In this document: positions 1 to 10,451 of the stretch, one piece after another
Position numbering within the stretch: position 1 is the first letter of the stretch
Layout of the letters: each line of letters begins with the position of its first letter
Source: an uncultured bacterium
Lineage (GTDB): Bacteria > Armatimonadota > JACIXR01
Direction of reading: 5' to 3'
Assembly (NCBI GenBank): GCA_964452465.1
Contig: CAYVMD010000003.1
Span: 509 to 64,508, forward strand
DNA length: 64,000 nucleotides
The notes under the pieces: generated by a model
What the model was told of the DNA's origin: nothing
Databases searched by the model: none
What the model saw: only the letters and a program-made list of their open reading frames with translations
Made by a program: the position numbers and the translations under genes

Positions 1-492
1 GCAGTGCAGATAGGCTTCGGGGAGATAAAAGAGAAGCATCTCAACAAACCAATGGCAGGGCATTTCAAGTCTGCCAATGTCCCGCCGAGGAGATCCCTGC
101 GGGAGATACGGGGTGAGTGGGATGTGGAGATAGGTAGTGAGATACGGGTGGACATCTTCTCGCCCAAGGAAATGGTAGATGTGACGGGGATTTCCAAGGG
201 GAAAGGATTTGCTGGGGTTATTAAAAGGTGGGGCTTCTCGGGAGGTCCAGCAAGCCACGGTTCGATGTCCCATAGGCGCCCTGCCTCGGCAGGGGCTCAA
301 CAACCCCAAAGGGTTATAAAGGGGAAAAAGATGCCCGGGCATATGGGAGCGGAACAAGTTACCGTTCAGAATTTGGAGGTTGTGAAGGTGGACAAGGAGA
401 AAAACCTCCTCTTCCTAAAAGGAGGAGTGCCAGGTCCTAAGGGCTCATTGGTTATAATCAAACAAGCAGTGAAAAGCGCGAAGGTGAGCTGA
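1..492 (+). CDS. rplC: 50S ribosomal protein L3 (5'-truncated by window edge)
   Basis: C-terminal L3 motifs VDVTGISKGKGFAGVIKRWGF and KGKKMPGHMG; first gene of the S10 block seen. Confidence 0.97.
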   Translation, partial: AVQIGFGEIKEKHLNKPMAGHFKSANVPPRRSLREIRGEWDVEIGSEIRVDIFSPKEMVDVTGISKGKGFAGVIKRWGFSGGPASHGSMSHRRPASAGAQQPQRVIKGKKMPGHMGAEQVTVQNLEVVKVDKEKNLLFLKGGVPGPKGSLVIIKQAVKSAKVS

Positions 493-493
493 T

Positions 494-1132
494 ATGCCAA
501 CGGTAGAAGTCATCAACCAAAGAGGAGAGAAAGTCGAAGAAATGGTGCTAAGGCACTCCGTGTTTGCAGTGGAACCCAACATGCCCCTTATGCATCAGGC
601 GGTGGTGTCTTATCTGGCGAACAGGAGGCAGGGGACCCATTCCACTAAAACCAGGGGTGAGGTGAGAGGTGGTGGGAGGAAGCCTTGGAGGCAAAAGGGG
701 ACGGGGAGAGCAAGACAGGGATCGATCAGGGCTCCCCACTGGGTTGGGGGAGGAGTGGTTTTTGGTCCTCGTCCTCGAGATTATTCCTTCTATCTGTCTA
801 AAGAAGAGAGAAGACAGGCGCTTTGTTCTGCCCTCTCGTCAAAATTGGCTTATAATGATATAATTATTTTGGATCAACTTTCCCTACCAGAGCCTAAAAC
901 GCGAGAAATGGAGAGAATTCTTACCTCCCTAGGAATTCAAGGAGAAAGGACGCTTTTGGTCTTGGATCAAGAGGACCCGGTGGTCCTCTTGGCTGCCCGT
1001 AACATTCCTTATCTCGAAGTGCGGCAGGCGAAGGATCTCTGCACATACGATGTGCTAGCTTGTGCTAAATTAGTGATGACCAAGCGGGCAGTAGAGGTAA
1101 TACAAGAAAGGCTTGAGAGGGAACAAAGATGA
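494..1132 (+). CDS. rplD: 50S ribosomal protein L4
   Basis: RQGTHSTKTRGEVRGGGRKPWRQKGTGRARQGSIRAPHW motif; operon order. Confidence 0.98.
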   Translation: MPTVEVINQRGEKVEEMVLRHSVFAVEPNMPLMHQAVVSYLANRRQGTHSTKTRGEVRGGGRKPWRQKGTGRARQGSIRAPHWVGGGVVFGPRPRDYSFYLSKEERRQALCSALSSKLAYNDIIILDQLSLPEPKTREMERILTSLGIQGERTLLVLDQEDPVVLLAARNIPYLEVRQAKDLCTYDVLACAKLVMTKRAVEVIQERLEREQR

Positions 1133-1422
1133 GGGATCCACGAGATATCATAATAAGACCTCTTCTCACGGAGAAAACCTTGCGCCTTGCAAGGGAGGGG
1201 AAATATTCCTTCGAAGTAGCCACGGATGCTACCAAGAAGGAGATACAAACCGCCGTAGAAAGGCTTTTTAAAGTGAAAGTGGCAAAGGTAAACACCATAA
1301 ACATGAAAAGCAAGGTGAGAGTGGCATTCTGGGGCAGAAGGACGGTGGGCAAGACCAAAAAATGGAAGAAAGCAATTGTTACGGTTAAGGAAGGCAAAAT
1401 AGACATCTTTGAAGGCTTATGA
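1129..1422 (+). CDS. rplW: 50S ribosomal protein L23
   Basis: IIRPLLTEK...KKAIVT motifs; ATGA overlap with rplD. Confidence 0.97.
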   Translation: MRDPRDIIIRPLLTEKTLRLAREGKYSFEVATDATKKEIQTAVERLFKVKVAKVNTINMKSKVRVAFWGRRTVGKTKKWKKAIVTVKEGKIDIFEGL

Positions 1423-1437
1423 TAAGGAGCGAGGGAT

Positions 1438-2262
1438 ATGCCGGTTAAGAATGTAAAGCCAACCACACCTGGGAGAAGAAATGCTACCTTCCCAACCTTC
1501 GAGGAGATAACCAAGAAGGAGCCGGAGAAATCTCTCCTCCGTCCCCTGAAGAAAACCGGTGGGCGCAATAATCGAGGCGTCATAACGGTGAGATTTAGGG
1601 GGGGAGGAGCGAAGCGCCGGTATCGAGTAATAGATTTCAAAAGGGACAAGGATGGTATACCTGCAAAAGTTGTATCAATAGAGTATGATCCTTGTCGCAC
1701 CGCCTACATAGCTCTCCTCCAGTATGCGGATGGAGAGAAGCGCTACATTATCGCTCCCTTGGGGTTGAAAGTAGGGGACACAGTCCTTTCGGGTAGAGAC
1801 GCACCCCAAAAGGTGGGGAACGCTCTACCTTTGAGGAACATTGCTACGGGTACTTTTGTCCATTGCATAGAAGTAGTGCCCGGGGGAGGAGCAAAGCTCG
1901 TTCGTTCTGCCGGCGCTTCCGCCCAAATAATGGCTAAGGAAGGGGATTATGCTCAGGTGAGGCTACCTTCGGGGGAAATAAGGCTGATTCACTTGGATTG
2001 TAAGGCCACTATAGGGCAGGTTGGCAATGTGGATTGGGAAAATGTGCGACTTGGCAAAGCTGGGAGGAGTAGGCACCTTGGAAGACGTCCTCATGTTAGG
2101 GGTTCTGCTATGACTCCCCGTGATCATCCCCACGGGGGTGGAGAAGGGAAAGCACCCATCGGAATGCCCCATCCCAAAACTCCTTGGGGTAAGCCCGCTA
2201 GGGGTGTCAAGACCCGTCGCAAAAAGGTTTCTGACAAATTCATAGTCCAAAGGAGGAAGTAA
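1438..2262 (+). CDS. rplB: 50S ribosomal protein L2
   Basis: [30 protein letters not shown] motifs. Confidence 0.99.
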   Translation: MPVKNVKPTTPGRRNATFPTFEEITKKEPEKSLLRPLKKTGGRNNRGVITVRFRGGGAKRRYRVIDFKRDKDGIPAKVVSIEYDPCRTAYIALLQYADGEKRYIIAPLGLKVGDTVLSGRDAPQKVGNALPLRNIATGTFVHCIEVVPGGGAKLVRSAGASAQIMAKEGDYAQVRLPSGEIRLIHLDCKATIGQVGNVDWENVRLGKAGRSRHLGRRPHVRGSAMTPRDHPHGGGEGKAPIGMPHPKTPWGKPARGVKTRRKKVSDKFIVQRRK

Positions 2263-2263
2263 A

Positions 2264-2548
2264 GTGGGCAGAAGCAAGAAGAAAGGACCTTTTGTCGATG
2301 CTCACTTGTTGGAGAAGTTGCAGAAAACGGATAAAGATACGATAATCAGGACCTGGTCAAGAAGGTCTACGATTATACCCGCTATGGTAGGACGCACTAT
2401 CGCAGTGTATAACGGGAAACGCCACATCCCCATCTTCGTAACGGAAAAAATGGTGGGGCATAAATTGGGCGAGTTCGTTCCTACCCGCACCTTTAGGGGG
2501 CATGGAGAAACGAAGGAGAAGGAGGAAGAAAGGAGAAGGAGGGAGTAA
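2264..2548 (+). CDS. rpsS: 30S ribosomal protein S19
   Basis: [25 protein letters not shown] motifs. Confidence 0.98.
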   Translation: MGRSKKKGPFVDAHLLEKLQKTDKDTIIRTWSRRSTIIPAMVGRTIAVYNGKRHIPIFVTEKMVGHKLGEFVPTRTFRGHGETKEKEEERRRRE

Positions 2549-2552
2549 AACT

Positions 2553-2885
2553 ATGGAGGCTAAGGCCATAGCAAGATATGTCCGATTGTCTCATCTTAAA
2601 GGGCAAAGAATAGCCAACCTTGTTAAGGGGAAGCCCGTTAAACAGGCTGAAGCCATCCTTTCCCTCCTCCCTCACAAAGCAGGTCGGATAATAAAGGATG
2701 TTCTCAAATCGGCGGTTGCCAATGCCCAAAATAATCACAATATGAACCCGGATAGGTTGGTGGTGAAGAATGTGCTGGTTGACCAGGGACCAATGCTGAA
2801 GCGTATCCGTCCTCGTGCAATGGGGAGGGCTTACAGGATAAGGAAGAGGACGAGTCATATCACCGTGATTTTGGAGGAGGTATAA
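2553..2885 (+). CDS. rplV: 50S ribosomal protein L22
   Basis: ATG at 2553 after GGGAG RBS (the track's 2502 start lies inside rpsS); LKSAVANA, RPRAMGRA motifs. Confidence 0.97.
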   Translation: MEAKAIARYVRLSHLKGQRIANLVKGKPVKQAEAILSLLPHKAGRIIKDVLKSAVANAQNNHNMNPDRLVVKNVLVDQGPMLKRIRPRAMGRAYRIRKRTSHITVILEEV

Positions 2886-2889
2886 AGTC

Positions 2890-3585
2890 ATGGGACAGAA
2901 AGTAAGCCCGATAGCCTTAAGATTGGGTATTATCAGGCAACCTGATTCCCGCTGGTTCGCCACGGGAAGAAAATACTCCGAGCTCTTGAAAGAGGATTAC
3001 CTGATAAGGGAAATGATAAAGAAGCAATTGGGGAACGCGGGCATCAGTAGGGTAGTAATAGAGCGTGCCTCGGATATGGTGAATATTACTATCCATACGA
3101 GCCGTCCTGGGGTGGTTATAGGAAGGGGAGGGAAAACGATAGAGGATTTGGTAAAAGCGGTAAGCCAAATGGTGCAGAAAGAAGTGAAGATAAATGTTGA
3201 AGAGGTGCGTTTTCCCGAGTTGGATGCACAACTGGTGGCGGAAAGCGTGGCCAGCCAGATAGAAAAGAGGGTGGCTTATAAGCGGGCGATGCGCCAAGCA
3301 GCAGCGAGGGCGATGAGAGTGGGGGCAAAAGGGATAAAAATCGAGTGCTCGGGTAGGTTGGCGGGAGCAGAGTTAGCAAGGGATGAAGCAGTTATGGAGG
3401 GGAAGCTTCCTCTTTCTACATTTTCGGCAGATATCGATTACGGATACGCAGTTGCCCTTACTAAATATGGCACCATTGGTGTGCAGGTATGGATATATAG
3501 AGGAGAGGCTACTCCTGAAGAGAGACCAGAAGAAAGGGAGGTAGCAGTAGGATATGCCCCTACAGCCGAAACGGACGAAATATAG
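2890..3585 (+). CDS. rpsC: 30S ribosomal protein S3
   Basis: MGQKVSP, HTSRPGVVIG, SGRLAGAE motifs. Confidence 0.98.
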   Translation: MGQKVSPIALRLGIIRQPDSRWFATGRKYSELLKEDYLIREMIKKQLGNAGISRVVIERASDMVNITIHTSRPGVVIGRGGKTIEDLVKAVSQMVQKEVKINVEEVRFPELDAQLVAESVASQIEKRVAYKRAMRQAAARAMRVGAKGIKIECSGRLAGAELARDEAVMEGKLPLSTFSADIDYGYAVALTKYGTIGVQVWIYRGEATPEERPEEREVAVGYAPTAETDEI

Positions 3586-3985
3586 AAAGCCCCACCTTGG
3601 TTGGTTGAAAGGAAAGGCTACCAAGGCAACCACCTTGGCATTTGGGGATTATGGGCTTCGTGCTCTCCAGACAGGTTGGATATCGGCGCGTGCGTTGGAG
3701 GCAGCAAGGGTGGCAATAACTCGCCATGTTCAAAAGGGAGGGCAGGTCTTTTTCCGCATCTTTCCTGACAGGGTTGTTACCAAAAAACCCGCGGAAACAA
3801 GAATGGGTGGTGGAAAAGGCTCGCCAGATGAATGGGTGGCACCAGTGAAAAGAGGAAGAATTGTGCTGGAAGTGAAAGGAATACCTCGAGAGGATGCCTT
3901 TGAAGCCCTAAGATTAGCATCTCATAAATTGCCTCTTAAGATGAAAATCGTGGAAAAAGACGAGAAAGGGGAGATGCCGGCGTGA
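3554..3985 (+). CDS. rplP: 50S ribosomal protein L16
   Basis: LQPKRTKYRK, RMGGGKG motifs; overlaps rpsC by 32 nt. Confidence 0.98.
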   Translation: MPLQPKRTKYRKPHLGWLKGKATKATTLAFGDYGLRALQTGWISARALEAARVAITRHVQKGGQVFFRIFPDRVVTKKPAETRMGGGKGSPDEWVAPVKRGRIVLEVKGIPREDAFEALRLASHKLPLKMKIVEKDEKGEMPA

Positions 3986-4176
3986 AGGCGGCAGAATTGA
4001 GGGAAAGAACGAACGAGGAATTGTTGCAGCTCTATAATGAGTTGAAGCAAGAGTTATTCAATCTCCGAATTCAAAGGGAAACAAAGCAACTTGCTAATCC
4101 AAGGAGGATGCGGTCAGTGAGGAAGGATATTGCGCGCATCCTCACACTGTTGCGGGAGAGGGGGATCAAGTTATAA
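3982..4176 (+). CDS. rpmC: 50S ribosomal protein L29
   Basis: [17 protein letters not shown]; GTG start overlapping the rplP stop. Confidence 0.96.
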   Translation: MKAAELRERTNEELLQLYNELKQELFNLRIQRETKQLANPRRMRSVRKDIARILTLLRERGIKL

Positions 4177-4177
4177 A

Positions 4178-4447
4178 ATGCAAAAGCAAAGGAGAAAACG
4201 CAAAGTCTTCGTCGGCAAGGTAGTAAGTACCAAGATGGACAAAACCATCGTGGTAGAGGTCACCCGGTTAGTTCGCCATCCGGTTTATCCTAAAACCCTG
4301 CGCACCACTTCGCGGTTTAAAGCACATGATGAGAGGAATCTCGCTGAGGAAGGCGATTTGGTAGAGATCATGGAGACTCGCCCGCTTTCCAAGACCAAGC
4401 GTTGGAGATTAGTGAGGATACTTAACAAAAAGGAGGGCGAGGAATGA
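4178..4447 (+). CDS. rpsQ: 30S ribosomal protein S17
   Basis: ATG at 4178; [24 protein letters not shown] motifs. Confidence 0.97.
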   Translation: MQKQRRKRKVFVGKVVSTKMDKTIVVEVTRLVRHPVYPKTLRTTSRFKAHDERNLAEEGDLVEIMETRPLSKTKRWRLVRILNKKEGEE

Positions 4448-4809
4448 TAAAGCCTTATACCCGTCTCGTCGTCGCCGATAACTCGGGTGCCAAGGTTATA
4501 GAGTGCATAAAAGTATTGAAGGGCAACGCTAAGTATGGCAGGGTAGGGGATGTTATAGTGGCAACCGTTAAAGATGCTATACCCTCTTCCCCCCTTCCCA
4601 AAGGCACCGTGGTAAAAGCTGTGATAGTGAGAACACGAGCTCCTATAAGACGTCCCGATGGCTCCTGGCTTCGCTTTGACGACAATGCAGCAGTTATAAT
4701 AACCACCGATGGTGCACCAGTAGGTAGCAGGGTATTTGGACCAGTGGCGCGCGAACTACGCGATAAAGGCTTCACCAGGATAATCTCCCTCGCGCCGGAG
4801 GTGGTATAA
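4444..4809 (+). CDS. rplN: 50S ribosomal protein L14
   Basis: [25 protein letters not shown] motifs. Confidence 0.98.
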   Translation: MIKPYTRLVVADNSGAKVIECIKVLKGNAKYGRVGDVIVATVKDAIPSSPLPKGTVVKAVIVRTRAPIRRPDGSWLRFDDNAAVIITTDGAPVGSRVFGPVARELRDKGFTRIISLAPEVV

Positions 4810-4811
4810 CC

Positions 4812-5132
4812 GTGAAGATAAGGCTTAAAAAGGGCGACAGGGTAGAAGTGATAAGTGGGGTAGAGAAGGGGAAAAGAGCTCCTATAATAAAAGTTATACC
4901 GGAGAAGGGCAAGGTCGTGTTGGAGGGAGTGAAACTGGTGAAAAGGCACATGCGTCCCTCCCCCAAGATGCCCCAGGGAGGTATAATAGAGAAGCCTGCT
5001 CCCATAGATATATCCAATGTGAAGTTGGTGTGCCCTCGTTGCGACAGAACAACTAAGCCTAGGCTGGCTTTTATGAACGAGAAAAAAGTTAGGGTTTGCA
5101 GAAAGTGTGGTGAGTTAATTGACGAAGCCTAA
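4812..5132 (+). CDS. rplX: 50S ribosomal protein L24
   Basis: KOW motif [11 protein letters not shown]; PIDISNVKL. Confidence 0.97.
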   Translation: MKIRLKKGDRVEVISGVEKGKRAPIIKVIPEKGKVVLEGVKLVKRHMRPSPKMPQGGIIEKPAPIDISNVKLVCPRCDRTTKPRLAFMNEKKVRVCRKCGELIDEA

Positions 5133-5709
5133 GAAATCCGAGACCGCTCAAACGGCAGTGAAGAGCATCCCACCCTTGAAAGAGAAGTACTTGAAGGAAG
5201 TAGTGCCACAGATGATGAAGATGTTCAATTACAAGAACATAATGCAAGTCCCTCGATTGGAAAAGGTAGTGCTCAACATGGGGGTAGGAGAGGCTACTCA
5301 GGATCCTAAGGCGATAGAATCCGCAGCGAGAGATTTGTCACTCATTGCTGGTCAAAAACCCCTTATACGCAGGGCGAGAAAATCTATCTCTGCCTTTAAG
5401 TTGCGCAAGGGGATGCCCGTCGGGGTGAAAGTGACTCTTCGAGGGGATAAAATGTGGTATTTCTTGGACAAGCTCTTCCATCAAGTGCTACCCAGGGTAA
5501 GGGATTTCAGAGGATTACACCAAAAGATGGACGGCCGGGGGAATTTCAATTTGGGGTTGGATGAGCATTCTATTTTCCCCGAGATAGACCTGGATAAAAT
5601 AGATAAAATAAGGGGTTTGAACATCGCTATTGTAACCACCGCTGAAACCGATATGGAAGGAAAAACCCTGCTAAAACTCCTAGGTTGTCCATTTAGGCAG
5701 GAGGCGTGA
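5119..5709 (+). CDS. rplE: 50S ribosomal protein L5
   Basis: [32 protein letters not shown] motifs. Confidence 0.98.
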   Translation: MTKPKKSETAQTAVKSIPPLKEKYLKEVVPQMMKMFNYKNIMQVPRLEKVVLNMGVGEATQDPKAIESAARDLSLIAGQKPLIRRARKSISAFKLRKGMPVGVKVTLRGDKMWYFLDKLFHQVLPRVRDFRGLHQKMDGRGNFNLGLDEHSIFPEIDLDKIDKIRGLNIAIVTTAETDMEGKTLLKLLGCPFRQEA

Positions 5710-7751
5710 GCACATTGGCGAAGGAATACACCCCTGACAAAATAAGGAATATTATTCTCCTTTCCCACGGCGGAGCTGGGAAAACATCCCTCGCGGAGGC
5801 GATGTTGTACACCGCTAAAACGATAACCCGCATGGGGAAGGTGGAGGATGGTAGTACTACTTTAGATCACGACATAGAAGCGATCCAACGCAAAACATCC
5901 GTCGTGCTTTCCCTCGCTTATCTCGATTGGAAGGGCACCAAGATCAACATAATAGATACCCCTGGATACACTGATTTCCAAGGAGAACTAGTGGGTGCAA
6001 TAAGGGCAGCAGATGCAGCACTTCTCGTTGTTTGCGGGGTCTCGGGTGTAGAAGTAGGCACGGAGAACATGTGGCGTTTGATCAGAGAGAACAACCTTCC
6101 TGTTATCGTAGTGATTAACAAACTGGATAGGGAAAATGCTGATTTCGCTAAGACCATATCTCAACTTCAGGAAGCCTTTGGCAAAGCAGTTGTGCCCATC
6201 CAATTGCCAAGGAGGAAAGGACAAAACCTGGAGGCTGTTGTAGATCTCATCGGGGAGCCTCAATTGGGAGAGGACGAATCTCTAAAAGATTCCCTCTTCG
6301 AGGCGCTCTCCGATGTTAGTGACGAATTTTTGGAAAAGTACCTCAATGGGGAGGAGATCAGCGCACAAGAGATAGTTGAAACTCTAAAAGCAGGAATAAA
6401 AGAAAGGAAGGTCTTCCCCGTAATGGCGGTTTCGGCCCTTTCCAATATAGGTGTGGATAAACTGCTAGACACGATCGTGGAATATCTGCCTTCACCTTTG
6501 GAAAGGGAAGATGTGTTTGGGCTAAAGACGGATGACGGGGCAAGGGTCCAAATAAAAGCTAGCGACGAGGAGCCTACCTGTGCCTTTGTTTTCAAAACCG
6601 TTGCTGATCCCTATGTAGGGAAACTTTCCTACATTAGGGTGTTCTCTGGTATGCTGACCAATGATTCCGTACTTATAAATTCAAACAAAAATGAACAGCA
6701 GAAAATAGGGCAAATCTATCTCCTTCTCGGTAAGCAGCAGCAACCTGTAGGACGGGTGCATGCGGGGGACATTTGTGCTGTTCCTAAGTTAACCGAGACC
6801 TCTACGGGAGACACCCTCTGTCATCCCGATCGCATCTTGACCTTTCCACCTCTTGAATACCCTGAACCAATATACCAGTTGGCGATAAAGCCGAAAAGTA
6901 GGGAGGATGAGGATAAATTATCCGCGGGGCTAAATCGACTTGCCGAGGAAGACCCTTCCTTCCGCTGGTGGCGGGATAACGAGATAAAGCAGACGGTAAT
7001 GGCTGGAATGGGAGACCTTCACTTGGAGGTTATGGTCAATCGACTGAAACGCAAATTTGGTGTGGATGTAGAGGTCTTTACGCCAAAAGTTCCCTATAAG
7101 GAAACCATAAAATCCACTGCAAGCGCACAAGGTAAATACAAGAGGCAGACCGGTGGGCACGGGCAGTATGGGGATGTGTGGATAACCATAGAACCTCTCG
7201 AGCGAGGAGCGGGCTTCGAGTTCGTGAATAAGATCGTGGGTGGAGTCATCCCCCGGCAATATATCCCCTCCGTGGAGAAAGGGCTCCAAAAGGCATTGCA
7301 GGAAGGGATCCTTGCCGGATATCCAGTGGTGGATGTAAGGGTCACCCTCTACGATGGTTCCTATCACCCTGTTGATTCTTCTGATATAGCTTTTCAAATA
7401 GCCGCTTCCATGGCTTTTAAGAATGCTGCCCAGCAGGCGAACCCCACTCTCTTGGAACCCATAATGAATGTAACCGTTGTCGTTCCCAAGAACTTTACCG
7501 GTGATGTAATAGGCGATTTAAACAGTAAGCGAGGAAGGATCCTGGGTATAGAATCGGAATCTCCCCTTCTTGATAGGGTATTAGCCCAGGTGCCCTTGGC
7601 GGAAATGTTAAAATTCGCCATCGACCTTCGCTCCATTACCGGGGGGCGAGGTTCCTTTTCCATGTCCTTTTCCCACTATGAGGAAGTTCCCCCTCATATC
7701 GCTCAACAAATTATAGAAAACGCAAAGAAAGAAAGAGAAAAGGAGGAGTAA
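5706..7751 (+). CDS. Elongation factor G paralogue (EF-G II / EF-G2-like)
   Basis: Full EF-G domain set: HGGAGKT (G1), DTPGY (G3), NKLD (G4), [32 protein letters not shown]; non-canonical switch I (QRKTSV). Confidence 0.93.
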   Translation: MSTLAKEYTPDKIRNIILLSHGGAGKTSLAEAMLYTAKTITRMGKVEDGSTTLDHDIEAIQRKTSVVLSLAYLDWKGTKINIIDTPGYTDFQGELVGAIRAADAALLVVCGVSGVEVGTENMWRLIRENNLPVIVVINKLDRENADFAKTISQLQEAFGKAVVPIQLPRRKGQNLEAVVDLIGEPQLGEDESLKDSLFEALSDVSDEFLEKYLNGEEISAQEIVETLKAGIKERKVFPVMAVSALSNIGVDKLLDTIVEYLPSPLEREDVFGLKTDDGARVQIKASDEEPTCAFVFKTVADPYVGKLSYIRVFSGMLTNDSVLINSNKNEQQKIGQIYLLLGKQQQPVGRVHAGDICAVPKLTETSTGDTLCHPDRILTFPPLEYPEPIYQLAIKPKSREDEDKLSAGLNRLAEEDPSFRWWRDNEIKQTVMAGMGDLHLEVMVNRLKRKFGVDVEVFTPKVPYKETIKSTASAQGKYKRQTGGHGQYGDVWITIEPLERGAGFEFVNKIVGGVIPRQYIPSVEKGLQKALQEGILAGYPVVDVRVTLYDGSYHPVDSSDIAFQIAASMAFKNAAQQANPTLLEPIMNVTVVVPKNFTGDVIGDLNSKRGRILGIESESPLLDRVLAQVPLAEMLKFAIDLRSITGGRGSFSMSFSHYEEVPPHIAQQIIENAKKEREKEE

Positions 7752-7937
7752 ATGGCAAGAAAGGTAAAAATAGAAAGAAGCAAGTTACCACCCAAGTTTA
7801 AAACGAGGCAGAGGAATCGTTGCTTTCGTTGTGGTCGTCCTCGGGGCTATATCAGACATTTTGGATTGTGTCGGATATGCTTCCGAGAACTCGTTTATCA
7901 AGGACAGCTCCCAGGCGTGGTGAAATCCAGTTGGTAA
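7752..7937 (+). CDS. rpsN: 30S ribosomal protein S14, short zinc-binding (type Z) form
   Basis: 61 aa with RCFRCGR...GLCRICFRE, ends GVVKSSW. Confidence 0.97.
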   Translation: MARKVKIERSKLPPKFKTRQRNRCFRCGRPRGYIRHFGLCRICFRELVYQGQLPGVVKSSW

Positions 7938-7951
7938 AGGAGGGTCTGAAT

Positions 7952-8347
7952 TTGCTGACCGATCCTATTGCTGATATGCTCACTCGGATAAGGAATGCGC
8001 TAAAGGCTAAGAAGCCCGATGTGCTGATACCTGCTTCCAAGATGAAATTGGAAATAGCGCGGATACTAAGAAAGGAAGGCTACATAAACGACTTCCAATT
8101 CATAGATGATGGTAAGCAAGGCTTAATAAAGATTTTCCTGAAATATGCTCTCGATGGAGAGCCTGCTATAACCGGTCTTAAAAGGGTGAGCAAACCCGGC
8201 GGTAGGATATATGTATCAAAAGATAAGCTCCCTCGTGTCCTCAATGGTCTGGGTATCGCTATAGTTTCTACCCCTAAGGGAGTGCTAACCGATAAAGAAG
8301 CACGACGCTTAGGGGTAGGTGGAGAAGTAGTTTGCTACATATGGTGA
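7952..8347 (+). CDS. rpsH: 30S ribosomal protein S8
   Basis: Likely TTG start at 7952 after AAGGAGG; [32 protein letters not shown]. Confidence 0.96.
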   Translation: MLTDPIADMLTRIRNALKAKKPDVLIPASKMKLEIARILRKEGYINDFQFIDDGKQGLIKIFLKYALDGEPAITGLKRVSKPGGRIYVSKDKLPRVLNGLGIAIVSTPKGVLTDKEARRLGVGGEVVCYIW

Positions 8348-8356
8348 GGTGATAGC

Positions 8357-8923
8357 ATGTCGCGCATAGGTAGAAGACCCATCCCCGTTCCCCCGAATGT
8401 GCAAGTGGAGATAACCGACGATGAAATCAGGGTGAAAGGTCCCCTGGGAACCAACCAGTTGGATATTCATCCCTTTGTAAAAGTAGAAATGTCTAACGGT
8501 TTCATCGTAGTATCCCCCTTGGGGAATACTAAACAGCATAGAGCGCTTCACGGGCTTTACAGGGTATTGATTAATAACATGATAGAAGGGGTTACAAAGG
8601 GCTTTGAGAAAGTATTAGAGATAGTAGGAGTAGGCTATAGGGCTTCCATGGAGGGAGAGAAACTCGTACTCAATATAGGTTATTCTCATCCCGTAGTCGT
8701 TTCTCCCAAACCGGGTGTTTCTTTCAGCGTTTCTCAGCATCCCTCTACTCGTAACTGGTTGATAAGTGTTAAAGGAATAGACAAACAAGTTGTGGGGCAG
8801 CAGGCAGCGGAAATAAGGGCGCTAAGGCCTCCTGACTCCTACCATGGTAAAGGGATAAGATATTTGGGAGAAATTGTCCATCTCAAGCCTGGTAAAGCAG
8901 CGAAGGTCGGAGGTGCAAGATGA
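8357..8923 (+). CDS. rplF: 50S ribosomal protein L6
   Basis: [26 protein letters not shown] motifs. Confidence 0.98.
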   Translation: MSRIGRRPIPVPPNVQVEITDDEIRVKGPLGTNQLDIHPFVKVEMSNGFIVVSPLGNTKQHRALHGLYRVLINNMIEGVTKGFEKVLEIVGVGYRASMEGEKLVLNIGYSHPVVVSPKPGVSFSVSQHPSTRNWLISVKGIDKQVVGQQAAEIRALRPPDSYHGKGIRYLGEIVHLKPGKAAKVGGAR

Positions 8924-9285
8924 AGACACTGAAGAAAGTACAGGCGCGGCTAGGAAGGCATAAAAGGGTAAGGAAGAAGGTGTTCGGGACGCAGGAGCGT
9001 CCTCGCTTATGCGTTTTTCGTTCTCTCCGGCATATTTATGCCCAAATAATCAATGACGAGATAGGACATACCCTCTGCTCTGCTTCTACATTGGATGAGG
9101 AAATCAGGAAGATGTCCGATAATAAGGGAAAAACCGAATTAGCCAAGGAGGTTGGACGACTGATCGCGAAGAGGGCTCTTGCCCTGGGCATTACGAAGGT
9201 GGTTTTCGATAGAGGGGGATACAAATACCACGGTAGAGTGAAGGCGTTAGCAGATGGCGCAAGGGAAGGAGGACTCCAATTATGA
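8920..9285 (+). CDS. rplR: 50S ribosomal protein L18
   Basis: [35 protein letters not shown]. Confidence 0.98.
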   Translation: MKTLKKVQARLGRHKRVRKKVFGTQERPRLCVFRSLRHIYAQIINDEIGHTLCSASTLDEEIRKMSDNKGKTELAKEVGRLIAKRALALGITKVVFDRGGYKYHGRVKALADGAREGGLQL

Positions 9286-10013
9286 GGATAGAAACCAAGA
9301 GAAAAGCAGTGCTTCCCGAGGATGTGACCTTGGAGGAAAGGGTAGTAGTATTGAAAAGGGTATCCCGCACCCAGAAGGGGGGAAGGAGACAGAGATTATT
9401 CGTGCTTGCTGTGGTGGGTGATGGGCAAGGGCATGTGGGAGCAGGTATAGGTAAGGCTCATGAGTTGCCAGATGCCATCCGCAAAGCGGTGAACAAGGCG
9501 AAGAAAAACATGATAGAGGTGCCTCTTTTGGGTACAACTATTCCTCATCCCATCATAGGACAACTCGGGGCGGCCAAAGTGCTATTGAAACCAGCTGCTC
9601 CAGGCACGGGTGTTGTCGCGGGTAGAGCGGTGAGAGCGGTGGTAGAAGTAGCGGGGATAAAGGACATATTGACGAAATGTCTTGGTTCGACTAATGCTGT
9701 TAATGTGGTGTGGGCAACTCTAAAAGCCCTTAGCGAATTAAAGTCTCCAGAAGAGGTAGCAGCCATAAGAGGGAAACCGGTGCACCATCTCTTACCATGG
9801 TTGCCGAAAGTAGAGGTGAGAAAGGATGAAGAAACTCTTGGTGAAGTTGAAGAAGAGTCCCATTGGTTATACCCGGGAAGTGAGAAGGACGCTTCAGGCC
9901 TTAGGCTTGAAGAAAGTGAACCAGGTGACGGTGAAGCCCAACAACTCAGCAGTGAGTGGGATGATCAGGAAGGTGAAACATCTCCTGGAAGTGAGACCAC
10001 TGGAGGAGAATGA
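9282..10013 (+). CDS. rpsE: 30S ribosomal protein S5 with a long acidic C-terminal extension overlapping rpmD
   Basis: [30 protein letters not shown] motifs; no in-frame stop until TGA 10011-10013. Confidence 0.93.
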   Translation: MRIETKRKAVLPEDVTLEERVVVLKRVSRTQKGGRRQRLFVLAVVGDGQGHVGAGIGKAHELPDAIRKAVNKAKKNMIEVPLLGTTIPHPIIGQLGAAKVLLKPAAPGTGVVAGRAVRAVVEVAGIKDILTKCLGSTNAVNVVWATLKALSELKSPEEVAAIRGKPVHHLLPWLPKVEVRKDEETLGEVEEESHWLYPGSEKDASGLRLEESEPGDGEAQQLSSEWDDQEGETSPGSETTGGE

Positions 10014-10035
10014 AGATGCAGATACACGAACTTAA
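9826..10035 (+). CDS. rpmD: 50S ribosomal protein L30
   Basis: KSPIG...TLQALGLKK...[10 protein letters not shown]; GAGGTGA/AAGG RBS upstream; expected position between rpsE and rplO. Confidence 0.95.
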   Translation: MKKLLVKLKKSPIGYTREVRRTLQALGLKKVNQVTVKPNNSAVSGMIRKVKHLLEVRPLEENEDADTRT

Positions 10036-10450
10036 GCCACCCCCAAAAAAGAAGAAAAAAAGGGTAGGACGAGGAATAGGCTCGGGACATGGCAAAACCG
10101 CAGGGCGAGGGACAAAGGGTCAACGCTCGCGGGAGGCCATAAGCCTCCATATGGAGGGAGGGCAAACTCCCCTACATCTTCGCCTTCCCAAGCAGAAGGG
10201 ATTTAAGAACCCCTTCAAAAAGGAATGGCAAATAATAAATGTAGAGTGCCTTAACATATTCCAAGAAGGGGAGGAAGTTACGCCCGAGGTCCTTCTAAAG
10301 ATGGGTCTTATAAAGGAACTCCATGTTCCCATTAAGATATTGGGCAATGGGGAGATAGAAAAACCCTTGGTTGTAAAGGCGCATGCCTTTAGTGCCTCCG
10401 CTAAAGAGAAGATAGAGAAAGTAGGGGGAAAGGTGGTGAGGATATCCTAA
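10010..10450 (+). CDS. rplO: 50S ribosomal protein L15
   Basis: [28 protein letters not shown] motifs; start 10010 (GGAGGAG RBS) or 10016. Confidence 0.97.
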   Translation: MKMQIHELKPPPKKKKKRVGRGIGSGHGKTAGRGTKGQRSREAISLHMEGGQTPLHLRLPKQKGFKNPFKKEWQIINVECLNIFQEGEEVTPEVLLKMGLIKELHVPIKILGNGEIEKPLVVKAHAFSASAKEKIEKVGGKVVRIS

Positions 10451-10451
10451 A

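Noticed and set aside
1065-1700. 211-aa antisense ORF over rplW/rplB and many similar shadow ORFs across the ribosomal operon
   Set aside because: They lie opposite highly conserved genes, have no RBS or motifs, and are expected from codon bias
2502-2552. N-terminal extension of L22 in the ORF track
   Set aside because: It lies inside rpsS; ATG 2553 has an RBS and gives a normal L22
7820-7951. N-terminal extension of S8
   Set aside because: It overlaps rpsN; homology begins at TTG 7952 after AAGGAGG
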